The notes under the pieces: generated by a model | The model's database searches: none | What the model was told of the DNA's origin: nothing | What the model saw: the letters and a program-made list of their open reading frames with translations, nothing else | Translations under genes and position numbers: made by a program | NCBI RefSeq assembly: GCF_036365525.1 | Contig: NC_090404.1 | Span: 8,556,001-8,620,000, forward strand | Source: Heterodontus francisci | Lineage: Eukaryota | Direction: 5' to 3' | DNA length: 64,000 bases | Shown here: one piece after another, positions 50,066 to 61,951 of the stretch | How positions within the stretch are numbered: the stretch's first letter is position 1 | Layout of the letters: each line of letters opens with the position of its first letter

Positions 50066-50371
50066 CTGTGCGCCGACTCAGTGCACAGGAATACACAGCG
50101 GAGTCACTCAGTTGTAGTTTGGAGATTTTTAACCGGCGGATTTTCTCGGCTGGATCGATTGATGCAGAAATTCGTTCCCCGGCTGCTTTTTCTTTATTAT
50201 CCGCTCCTGAAGTGTGTATCTGAAGCAGGTATTTCGGAGCCTGCCCTGGGGATTGACGGAACCAGTGTACTGTGGACTGACAGAAGCCTGAATATTCGCA
50301 GCTTAAAGTAACGGTGTCACCGGCAGCAGCGGTTTGCAGAGGCGGACTCCGGGACACCAGGGAACTGGAAT
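50066..50371 (-). CDS. TRDV: Leaderless NAR-TCR-supporting TCRdelta V, copy 2, open frame
   Basis: ttctgcag|AT... DSSSLVSRSPPLQTAAAGDTVTLSCEYSGFCQSTVHWFRQSPGQAPKYLLQIHTSGADNKEKAAGERISASIDPAEKIRRLKISKLQLSDSAVYSCALSRRT; CDR1 Cys; no leader exon found upstream. Confidence 0.9.
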
Positions 50372-51844
50372 CTGCAGAATGAAAATGAATATTATCAATG
50401 TTTAGCCGGCGTTTACGCGGAGAAACTTGTCAATCGCAGGAATAGTTATTATTTATGCGGTAATTTGCGTCATTTGACGCCTGTTCGAAATGAGATATGA
50501 GATATGAACCAGTGCGGAGATGATGTGTATTTTATTTTACACAGCGAGTTGTTCTGATCTGGAATGCAATGTCAGAATGGGTGGTAGAAGCAGATTGATA
50601 TTAACTTTCAAACGGGAATTGTATCAATGTTGGACCAGGAAAATGCACGGGTCATGGAGGAAAAGCAAGGGGGAATGGGAACAATTGGACAGCACCTACA
50701 AAGACGATGGGCCGAATGGCGTCCCTCCATGTTGTCTGATTCAATAATTCTATTACATTTCTGTGTTTATTTTTCTTGGTGAAAAACAAACTGGAGGAAA
50801 CATTTTAATATCAGTGAGAGAATCACTTTGCAAAAACTGTCCGTCCGAGAGTAACCCAGCTGTGTTATATCAGTACGCACAGTAAGATCCAACAGAGAGT
50901 AATGAAATTCATCAGCACAGATTGAGAGAAACTGACAGTGAACATCAAAGGTCATTCGTTTACAACAGTTCAACACTTCATTTGAGCTCGTGTTTGCCTT
51001 TCACTCTATTTGTCTACTTTCTTCCATCAATAGGGCCCATTTGTCTCTCTTGCCCTCCAATTTGAAAAAAAAAATGAAGTTAGTTTCATTTTATTTCTAC
51101 ATTTACTTTGTGCTGTTTGCGGTTCTTGCCATCATGGGAACTTGTCCCGAAGTCTCTCAGTTGTCAGTTGGGTTCAGTTTGTGCTATTTCCTCAGTGGTT
51201 TTACTGTTACTCATGATGAACCGGCTCTTCCGGCTCACTGACAATTTCAATTTCAATTCCTTCAGCCCATTGGATAATCCTCTCCTGTGTTCTCCAAGCG
51301 GAGTTTTCTCTGAATTTTATATTATACAGAATTTGCAGAGCAGGAACAGGCCATTCGGCCTAACCGTTCTGTCCCAGTGTTTGTACTCCACACAAGCCTC
51401 CCCGCGCCCGGACTCTATTTAACCATTTCCACCCTGAACCCTCTGTCCTCTATTCATTTCTGCCTCCCTTTTTTTCAAGTCGTCCCATAAATGCATCAAT
51501 CCGATCTACTCCAACCACTCCATGTGGCAGCGAGATCCACATTCTGCCCTGTCTCTGGGTAAATGTATTCTGCTTAATTAATTTATTCCGTCAGTGACAT
51601 TATATATGAGTGTCTCCTTATTCTGGATTCACCCACAGAAATTATTTTCTCCATATCCAGCAGCCCATAATTTAAAAGATTTCCATGAAGTCTCATTATT
51701 TTTCTCTGTTTTCCAGGGGAAAGAAGCCCAGCCTGTTCAAACATTCCAGATGGTTGTTGATGTTTTTTTCAGGATTTCTCAGTTTTTCAGGAGGAATATA
51801 CGTTCCTCTAAGATACAAAAACCCAACAGGAAAGATGAATTAAC

Positions 51845-54800
51845 CATGACTAACAAAACAAGTTAAAGATTACATTAGATCAAAGGAGGTGGCTTAAAGG
51901 ATTGCCAAAAAAGTGTCAAACCCGAGGATTGGGAGCAATTTAGAATCGAAAAAAAGATGAGCAAGAAACTGATAAAGAAAGGGAAAAGAGAATATGAATG
52001 CAAGCGAATGAGAAACATAATTGTGGACTGTAAAAGCTTCTCTAGATATGTGAAAAGGAAAAGATCAGTAAGGATAAAACTGTGTCCATTGCAAGCGGAG
52101 ACAGGAGAATTTATGATGGAGAATAGGAAAATAGCAGAGAAGCTAAACAATTACTTTCTGTCTCGATTTACGAGGAAGATACTGAAAATCCCCCAGAAAT
52201 GCTAGGGAACCAAAGGACTTGTGAAAATGAGGAACTTAAATGCCATAGTATGAAGAAAGAGGTAGCACTCGAAAAATAAACTGTATTGAAGGTTGATTAC
52301 TCTCCTGGACCAGATGAGCTACATCCCAGAGTGTTGAGAGAGTTGGCTAGAGAGATAGTGGATGGATTGGTGATTATCCTTCAAAATTCTGTAGATTCCA
52401 GAAAGGTTCCTGCAGACTGGAAAGTAACAAATGTAGACCCACTATTTAAGAAAGGAGGGAGAGAGAAAACGGGGAGCGATAGACCTGTAAGTTTGACGTC
52501 AGGAGTAGAAAAACTTTCGAATCTATTATAAAGGATGTGATAACTTGATACTTAGAAAATAACGTTATGTTTGTGACGAGTCAACATGGATTGTAGAATA
52601 GATAAAGGAGAACCAGTGGATGTGTGCATTTAGATTTTTCGAAGGCTTTTGATAAGGTCCCACACAAGAGGTTAGTAAGCAAAATTAGAGCACATGGGAT
52701 TGGGGGGTAATGCACAGGAATGGATTGAAAATTGGTTGACAGAGAGGAAACAAAGAATAGGAATAGAGTCATAGAATCGTACAGCATAGAAACAGGCCCT
52801 TCGGCCCACCGTGTCCATGCCGACCATAATACCTATTTATACTAATCCCACCTGCCTGCATTAATTCCATCTCCCTCTATGCCTTACTCATTCAAGTACC
52901 TGTCCAGATGCCTCTTAAATGTCGGTACTGTTCCACCTCCTCAGGCAGCTCATTGCAGATACCCACTATTCTTTATGTAAAAAATTTACCCCTTTGCTCT
53001 CCTTTAAACCTCCTCCCTCTCACCTTAAATCTATGCCCTCTAGTTTTAGTCACCCCTACCATGGGAAACAGACTCTGGCTATCTACCCCATCTCTGCCTG
53101 TCATAATTTTATAAACCTTTATCATGTCCCCTCTCAGCCTCCTTCGCTCCAGGGAAAACAGACCCAGCCTATCCAATCTCTCTGTATAACCCAAGCTCTG
53201 TAAACCAGGCAACATCCTTGTGAATCTTTTCTGCACCCTCTCTAGCTTATTTACATACTTCCTGTAGTGCGGCGACCAGAACAGTACTCCAAATGCGGCC
53301 TAACCAACGTTATATACAACTGTAACATGACGTCCCAACTCTTGTAGTCAATGCCTCGGCCGATGAAGGCAAGCATGCCATACGCCTTCTTCATCACCTT
53401 GTCTACCTGTGTTGCCACTTTCAGGGAACTATGTACTTGCACCCCAAGGTTTCTCTGCTCAAGAACACTCCCCTGGGCCCTGCCATTCACTGTATATGTC
53501 CTGCCTGCTTTAACTTCCCAAAATGATCATGTCACACTTGTCTGCGTTAAATTCCATCTGCCACTCCCTTGCTCACTTTCCCTGTTGATCTATATCCTGT
53601 TGTAACCTTAGACAACCTTCTTCACTGTCCACTATACTACCAATTTTGGTGTCATCTGCAAACTTACTAATCATGCCCCGCACATTCGCATCCAAGTCAT
53701 TAATATATATGACAAACAGCAGAGGGCCCAGCACCGATCCCTGTGGCACACCACTGGTCACCAGCCTCCAATCTGGAAAACAACCCTCTAGTACCACCCT
53801 CTGCCTCCTATCACCAAGCCAATTTTGTATCCAATTTGCTAGCTCACACTGGATCCCATGTGTCCGAACCTTCTGGACCAGCCTACCATGCGGGACCTTG
53901 TCAAAGGACTTGCTAAAGTCCATGTAGACAATGTCCATCGCTCTTTCCTCGTCAATCCTCTTGGTCAACTCCTCGAAAAACTCAATCAAATTCGTGAGAT
54001 ATGATTTCCCACGCACAAAGCCATGCTGACTATCCCTAATCAGACCATGCCTTTCCAGGTGCATTTAAATCCTGTCTCTCAGAATCCCTTCCAATAACTT
54101 TCCCACCACTGATGAAAGGCTCATCGGCCTGTAGTTCCCGGGCTTATCCCTGCTGCCCTTCTTAAATAAAGGCACAACATTAGCTATCCTCCAGTCTTCC
54201 GGGTCAGTCTCAGGATAGCAGGCTGTGACGAGAAGGAAACAGCAAGGATCGTGCTGGCGTCATAGTTGTTCACAATCTATATGAATGATTTGGATGTGGA
54301 GACCAAATGTAATATTTCCACATTTGCTGATGACACAAAAATGGATGGGAATGTAAGTTGTGAGGAAGATGCAAGGAGGTTTCAAGGGAACGTAGACAGG
54401 CTCGCTGAATGGGCAAGAACATGGCAGATAGAATATAATGTGAATATGTGTGATGTTATCTACTTTGGTAGATAAAATAGAAAGACAGAGTATTTCTTAA
54501 ATGGTAAGAGGTTGGGACGTTTGTTGTCCACAGGGACCTTGGTGTTTTAGTTTATGAGTCGCTTTTTATGAGCAAGCAATTAAGAAGGCAAATGGTATGT
54601 TGGCCTTCATCACAAGGGGTTTCGAGTACAGGAGTAAAGACGTCCTGCTGCAATTGTATAGAGCCTTGGTGAGATTGCACCTGGAGTATTGTGTACTGTG
54701 TTGGTCTCAGCTCAGGACGGATATACTTGCCATAGATGGAGTGCAACGGAGGTTTAGCAGACTAATCCCTGGGATGGCGGGATTGTCATATGAATGTCAA

Positions 54801-55730
54801 GGCTGATCATTTGCTCCACCTTCCCGCACTATCCAGAGGTCCTTTGATTCCTTTAGTATCCACAACTCCATCGGACACTGCCTGGAATATATTCAACCAG
54901 TGAGCATCCACAGCTCTCTGATGTATAGAATTCCACAAACTGATAGCAAAGGTTTGACTGAAGAAATGTCTCTTCTTCTCAGTTCTAAATGACCGACCCC
55001 TTATTGTGAGACTGTCAGCCCAAGCTGTAGACTCTTATTCTTCGAAACTCTACGGAATATCTGCATAGTCCCATAAACTCTCCACATGAACTGTCCTTTT
55101 ATCCCAAGAATCAGTCTAGTGGAGCTTTGTTTCACTCCCTCGATGGGCTGAATGGCCTGTGCCATGAATGTAAGAAATCGAAGCTGATCATTTAAGAACA
55201 TCAGTAATAGGAGCAGGAGTAGACCATTCCACCTTTCAAGTCTGCTCCGCCATTCAATAAGATCAACGTTGATCATCTACTCCACCTTCCCGCACTATCC
55301 CTAGGTCCTTTAATTCATTTAGTATCCACAAATCTATCGAACACTGCCTGGAATATACTCAGCCACTGAGCATCCACAGCTCCCTAAGGTATAGAATTCC
55401 ACAAACTCATAACAAAGGTTTGACTGAAGAACTTTCTCTTCTTCCCACTTCTGAATGACGACCCCTTATTTCTGACTCTAACCCCAAGCTGTAGACTGAG
55501 GAAACACCGCCCCAGCACCTACCCTGTCAAGGCCCTTCGGAAATTTATATGTTTAACGAGGTCATCTCTTATTCTTCGAAACACTACGAATTTATGCATA
55601 GTCTTGTCAAACTTTCCTCATAGGACTATCCTCTTATCCCAGGAATCAGTCTGGTGGACCTTTGTTTCACTCCCTCTTAAGCAAATAGATCCTTCCTTAA
55701 ATAAGGTGCTTAAACTGTACACCGCAGTAC
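51845..55730. mobile_element. Degenerate CR1-type LINE pieces (duplicate of 25480-28370)
   Basis: Collinear similarity to copy 1. Confidence 0.8.
52767..54200 (-). mobile_element. Younger CR1-type LINE inserted only in duplicate copy 2
   Basis: Minus ORFs 53573-54064 (GVPQGSVLGPLLF, FADDTK), 53251-53490, 52973-53236; absent at the homologous site in copy 1 (~26760). Confidence 0.88.
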
Positions 55731-56747
55731 CCTGGAGAACACCAGAGTTCATCACTGCCCTTCCCTCCATAAACTTCACCCTTCACCCTGGTGTCGGATT
55801 GTACTTCGAATGGCTTCGTTTAATATTTCTATCCATTTCGGTGAATTATTTTTTGCTGGTTCTAAATAGGTTGTCCTCCAGTCTGTAGTTATTCCTTCGA
55901 GTGTTCCTGATCTCCTTTCTCAGAACATTAGCACCTCATCCTCACTCCCTCAGTATCCAGTATTGTTCCAATTAACAGTTAGCAGGGCTACAGTTAAATT
56001 ACTCCAATCCAACCTCTCAGACATCAATATTTAATATAGAGAATTATCTGGAACTGCAAACACTCGCATTTCAGTCAGAGAGCGGAAAAGGAGGGAAATG
56101 ATTGGATGAAGGCAATTGAAATAAATTTCATCTACAACATAACTAATTTCAGTCACTGAATCCCAATAATAAAATGCCATCTGGACCTATAACAGGATCT
56201 CTTGTATCTGAAGCTTGTTTTGTCATGTTGCCGTTTTCCTGCTGCTGCAGATATCGGGCCGGCTGCTGTCGTGCAGTGTTCACTCTCCCTCTATTCTCAT
56301 TGCCCGGCTCGGACTACAACCTCCTCCACGGGGAAGAGGTCTGTGACCCCGCTCATGTGCTCACAGGGACAGTCACATGTAACACCGAGAGCGGGGTCGG
56401 AGTGTCGACAAACTGAGTTCATTTAGGAGTGAGGGAAAGAGAGTAAATCCGGAATGTTGATGGGATGCTCGGACATGCCCGGGAAACCAATGCTGATCCA
56501 GATGGAGTCAAAGCAACCCGGGCCAGACTGCCTGCTCTGTGGGGGTCTCACATCTACTCACTCCGGAATCACACCCGGACCCGACTCCTGGTTCATATTC
56601 TGTTCCCAATCTAAAACTGCAATGGAAAAGCTCCATTGGAAACCGCTGTGTTTTAGTTTGAAGGGGATTGAAGTGTTACTGAAAACAATGATAAAGTGAC
56701 GATGAGCATTTTACAGATATGGCCTGTATGAGTTTGGAGTCACTTAC

Positions 56748-56811
56748 CAGCTGTGATAGTCACCACCGTCCCGGATCCATCCGCAGAAGCATCCTTCCAG
56801 TAATTATATAC
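56748..56811 (-). other. NAR-TCR J segment, copy 2, with 23-RSS at 56812-56850
   Basis: VYNYWKDASADGSGTVVTITA|gtaagt; CACAGTG-23-GCAAGAAGT. Confidence 0.92.
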
Positions 56812-57188
56812 CACAGTGACACCGCTACCAGTCACCCTGGTGCAAGAAGTACCGACACCTCAATCTACCAGCCGCACATCACCAGATAGTTGGCGATGCT
56901 CAATTATTCCAGGGGTTTTAAATCATTTAACAATATTCCCTTGTTTCACAATCCATATCTGTTCAAACTGTTCTTTTTGAGACTCTGAGCTCTTAGTGAA
57001 ATGGCCCAGGAACAGGGGCCGGATTTGGGCGCTTGATATAAAAGGAGAATAATGTCAATGAATAATGTCAAAGAAAGCGAACTGAAAGGAGGAAATTACA
57101 GTGAAATTAAACCAGATTACATCGATAATAATATCAATCCTACAATTCAGGATCTGGACATGGGGTATTTATATTTTGATTTTACAGA

Positions 57189-57258
57189 GGTATTTGCTCA
57201 GATCTCAAACACTGTGAATATCCCAGGAAACACAATGTCTCAAGTCAGCACAAAATCC
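57189..57258 (-). other. NAR-TCR D segment, copy 2 (core 57217-57230), 12/12 RSS
   Basis: GGTATTTGC-12-CACTGTG-AATATCCCAGGAAA-CACAATG-12-ACAAAATCC. Confidence 0.93.
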
Positions 57259-57621
57259 CCCGGTACCGGGTGTGATGTGGGGACATGAGTTTAACAGCGG
57301 AGACTGCGGTTCCCGGTTCCAGCTGACAGACCAGGATCCCATCTGGTGTTAGGAATTTGGAACTGGGACCAGACATTCCCAATTTCCATTCACTGACACA
57401 AATCCCGGGAAAGACATCACCATCCGCATACACTCGGTATTTATAAAACTCAAGATGTTCACGGAAACAATCCAATAACATTATAAACGAGACTGTGGAG
57501 CAGATGGTGCGAGGCCGAACTGCAGGGTTGAACGGCAGATTAACTCCGTTTTTTGATTTGTTTCTGTGAAAATCTGCAGTGAGAGTTTTTGTACCGCGGG
57601 AAGACGAGACCCATCACTGTG

Positions 57622-58092
57622 TGTTCTTGTACCCGTACTCAACTTGACAGTAATAGGTGGCGGTGTCTTCAACTTTCACATCCCGAATTTCCAGAGAAAA
57701 TGTCTTTTCTGCCTTCTTCAACGACACAACAAATCGGCCTCCGTCAGAGATCCGCTCCCGCTTTGTCCCGGTTTGGGTTTGTCTGAAGAAATGTCCACTT
57801 AGGAATTCATAATCCCAGAACCCACCTTCATAGTAAACACAGTTGATGGTGAGAGACTGACACTCCTTCCTGGTCACCGCTGCCGGGGTCTGTGTCACTG
57901 ACTGACTGAAAGAGCCTGGAAATTAAACAGAGAGAGTTTAATGAACCACACAACGAGGCTAAAACCCCAGACAGTGTCTGTAATTCGGATTGACTCGGGC
58001 AGCTTTATATTAAATCCACACAATGTCGGTTTGTTTGATCGGTACTCACGGGGTAAACAGACACACAGGGTGAAAACAAGGAGGATTCCCAT
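57622..58092 (-). CDS. NAR-TCR V, copy 2 (leader 58092-58050, V exon 57915-57622), RSS 57584-57621
   Basis: VTQTPAAVTRKECQSLTINCVYYEGGFWDYEFLSGHFFRQTQTGTKRERISDGGRFVVSLKKAEKTFSLEIRDVKVEDTATYYCQVEYGYKN; CACAGTG-22-ACAAAAACT. Confidence 0.93.
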
Positions 58093-58404
58093 CGTTCTGC
58101 TGCCTGGAGCTGATAGTTTCTATGACGGGGAGCTGGAGACTGCAGCCCTGGACTGCTCTGGGAGACTGGACCTCAGAGCTGGACTGAAATACTTGCGGGG
58201 GATCGAGTTGATTTGCAGAGGGCAGTGTCCCGGAGATCATTGATGGGCCGCACGTTTCCCGGGTCTCTGGCTGTGTGTGTTGTGTGAATAAGAGACAGGT
58301 TTAAAGAGGGAACGTGCAGTTATCTGTCGCTTCATTGAGTCTGTGAGCCTGATGTGAAATCCCCTCCCACATTAGTCTGATGTACAGGGGGTGGGGCTGG
58401 GGGA

Positions 58405-58545
58405 GTTTTTTTTAAATTTAGAGATACAGCACTGAAACAGACCCTTCGGCCCTTCGGCCCACCGAGTCTGTGCCGACCATCAACCACCCATTTATACTAA
58501 TCCTATACTGATTCCATATTCCTACGCCATCCCCATCTGTCCCTA
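58405..58545 (-). mobile_element. 5'-truncated SINE, copy-2 specific
   Basis: Matches the 3' end of the SINE at 25965; absent at ~31060. Confidence 0.7.
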
Positions 58546-60976
58546 TCTGTCAGTAGAAGCTGCCGCCCTCCTTTCCCCCACAGTAATGAGCTGGGAGGTC
58601 GCTCCATGTGTTTTGATTGGGTGGTGTTTGTTGAGGGTGGAATGTGGGCCCAGGACACCGGGAGAATCCCCCCTCCCCGCTCTTGTTCCAATAGTGCCGG
58701 GGATTCTTTAACATCTCCCTGAATGGGCTGTTGGGGCCTCGGTTAAACGTCTGATCTGAAGGACGGAGCCTCAGCCCCGGCAGCTTCCCTCAGTCCAGTA
58801 ACTGGGGGTCAGGTTACAATATGAGACAGTCCAGTGACATTGTCAATATCCAGGCAGATATACACAATCTACACAAAGAATAAACTCTCCCTTTCATTTG
58901 AACACATGCCTCCTGAAGCCTCCATTCAGTGGTTTGTATTTAAAATGATGTTTGAATTCCAGGTCTGTAATGTTCAGAGTTTCCAGTTGCAGTGACAGAG
59001 AATGAAGAGATACTCGGAAGGACAATGGACATCGGGGGAACTCTGTGCTTGGGACTTGTTTTAAAGATCACAGTCACTACCTTGTGCATTCCGTTTATTT
59101 TGTATAAACTGTCTCCGCCCCACTCTGATCAAATAAACTTTGTGAACAGGCCGCGGTGAAAGGTTCCTGGAAACTGACGGGGAGACAGGGAAAGGACTGC
59201 TCAGTACAAAAGTGGAGTTGTGGAGCACAGCCCGGCTCACACATGGCCAATGGTTTCATGGATCTCGCAGCGCCTCCAGATGAGGCTGCCGCAGGGTCCT
59301 AATGTCCCCCTGAATTCTAAACACTCATCTGCTTCATCAAAACATCATTAAAGACCACACACAAACTGTCTGCTTGATACATAATTTTTGCACATCAAGT
59401 ATTTATCCAATTGCCTTTTACTTTTGAATGTTACTATTGAATCTACTTCCACTGCTCTGTCAAATATAATAACTCTTAGCATAAAATTGTTTTATTTATA
59501 GAGCGGCTTTAACATAACGAAGCATCCCATCTACAGGTAGGGACAGAAATGTTGTTGAAATATGATTCTTGCAGAGGCCAATATTGCGGAGTTCTTAAGG
59601 CACCGGCTGCACTCGCACTAACAGAGCAAGGAATATTAGTAATGTTAATAACACTCATGTTACTGCACAGCCCAATTTAAAGAGTCCACGAATCCTTGAA
59701 AATAATCTGAAGGAGAAATGATGAATGATTGAAGTTATTTCAATCCCCACTTCATGGAGGTTTTCATGAACTTGGTGAGTGTGCAGAGGAGATTTAATAG
59801 ACTGTGATCAGCTGTGGGGAACTTGTGGAGAGGCTCGAGAAACCGCAGTTATTCTCTATATGTGACATAAGATTAAGGAGATTTAATTGTGAGGTTCAAA
59901 ATTATATTGGGTTTTGATATAATAGATCGTGTGTAAGGAAGTTTGATATCCCAAGGACACAGATTTCAGGGAATTGCCACAAAAGACATGGGAGAGGAGA
60001 TTTTTTTAAAAAGGCGATTTTCATGATTTGGAATGTACAGCCTGAAAGGGTGGAGGAGTCAGATTCAATCGTAATTTTCGGAAAACTGTTTCTGTGCTTG
60101 AACGAGAAAAATGCAGGGCTGTGTGAGAGCATGGCGAGCACGTAAACCCTCTAGCAAGATTGCTAATTATGCAGCATTATTTGCTCAAGCGTTCCCTGGA
60201 GATGCTCATTCTACCCCTTACTACTACTCAAGGCCCCAGAGTCTGTCGTTCACTTATCCTGATAGAGCTGCCTCGTCTCAGAGTGCTGGCAGCATGGGAA
60301 GGAGTGGAGTTAGTAACATTAGTATGTATGGCTTAAATGGACCAACACCAACACCTCTGCCTTTATTACCTGGACAAACATACCATACTACAGGAATGGC
60401 AGATGCAATCAGGCAACGGTTAGGATCACGATTTGCATGGGCTTTATCTGCTGCTCAATGCCCATCGCTATCTACCTCAAAGGGGCTTACAAACTCCATC
60501 TCCCGCAATATGTCAAGCCTAAGGCGATAGCTCTTTCAAAGAGCGGGCGCAAATACGATGGGCCAAATGGTATCATTCGTGACTGTGTGATCCAATGTTT
60601 CTTTTCGCTTCATTTCTCCCGCAAGTCAGTTGTTCCCAGTCACCTAAACAGTGATCAGGAGCAGCCTGGCAACAGAATTCTGCCATCCAACTATCTCCCT
60701 TTCCGCTCCATCAACACTCTCACCGCGCAATCTCTGCGGTTCCACAGAATCTTGAGTTCACTCAAACTGGAGTTGGTGGCAGCCCCGCCCACAGCTTTAG
60801 TTTGCTGCTCGCTCTCTCTCTCTTTCTCTCTGATCTGCCTTGCCTGCCCCGTTTTGGAGATTGCTGTCGCTGGTCCTTGTTTGGTATTAGATCGGCAGTG
60901 CAGTGTGGCGAGGATCTGTCTTCCTGCTCCGACAGAATATTTCCCAGACTGCAGAGTTACAGACTCCAGGACCACC

Positions 60977-61480
60977 ATGTGGAACCGTCTCTCGCTGCTT
61001 CTCATTATTATATCACTTCTCAGTAAGTATTTGCTTCCCAGTAAAAATCCATTCTCCACAGAGCTGTCAATATGGGTGAAATGATAGTGATGCTGGTGTT
61101 GATGGTTAGATTGATCGATATGGTATTGATGCTCATTGTGACTGTTACTATTCTTTGTATGTTTGAATGGAGCCACCAAGACACAATGTAACAGCCGACT
61201 CCTGAAATGATAGTTGAAGGGGAAAGTAATATCACACTAATGTGTACCATGAAAACAAGCATTTCTAACACTTTCTGTGCTCCGGTACAGTCAGCACCCC
61301 GGGCAGCCTCCACAGTACGTGTTTTATCTCTATGGAGTGATAGTACACCTGAACCCCTCTTCACTGACCGATCCTCTTCTACCTTTAGCAAAACTGCCAA
61401 GATTACCCAGCTAAAGATCCACAACGTCCTGATCTCTGGGACCGCTGTGTATTTCTGTGCCATCATGTGCCATGAGCCGC
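60977..61480 (+). pseudogene. TCR V pseudogene, copy 2
   Basis: Leader MWNRLSLLLIIISLL|gtaagt; QDTM*QPTPEMIVEGESNITLMCTM...GTAVYFCAI; duplicate of 33144-33650. Confidence 0.8.
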
Positions 61481-61951
61481 GCCCTGCTGCAGAAATGTCG
61501 CTGAGACTGGACTCACTGAGAGTTGCAGTTAGAGCTCACCAGAGGGCGCCCTCACACCAATAAACAGAAGCAATAATTCAGCCTCCACTCTGAGATTCTC
61601 AGGAACCTTCTTAAAATTGCAATGAAGCACAGCAATCAACAGCCACAGCTGATGTCCACTTGTGCAGTGATATTAGACAGTGATTACAACGCATATTTAT
61701 AAGAAAAATGAACTTTATATTCGATCACTGATGCCTTGGCTCCCTTTTTGTTTTTCTATGCCCTCCTCCTGTCCACTTGTTCCTCATTATCGCGTGGCTC
61801 CACTGTTTACCTAAAAGTGAATACATTTCCTTTTTCTGGTCTTCAGTTTAAAGGTTTAAAACCTTTGTTTCTGCTCAGAATATAAATTCAGAACTGTTCT
61901 AATCGAGCAGGAGCTGTCAGATCAGGCCAATGGCTCAACACAGAATTCCTC

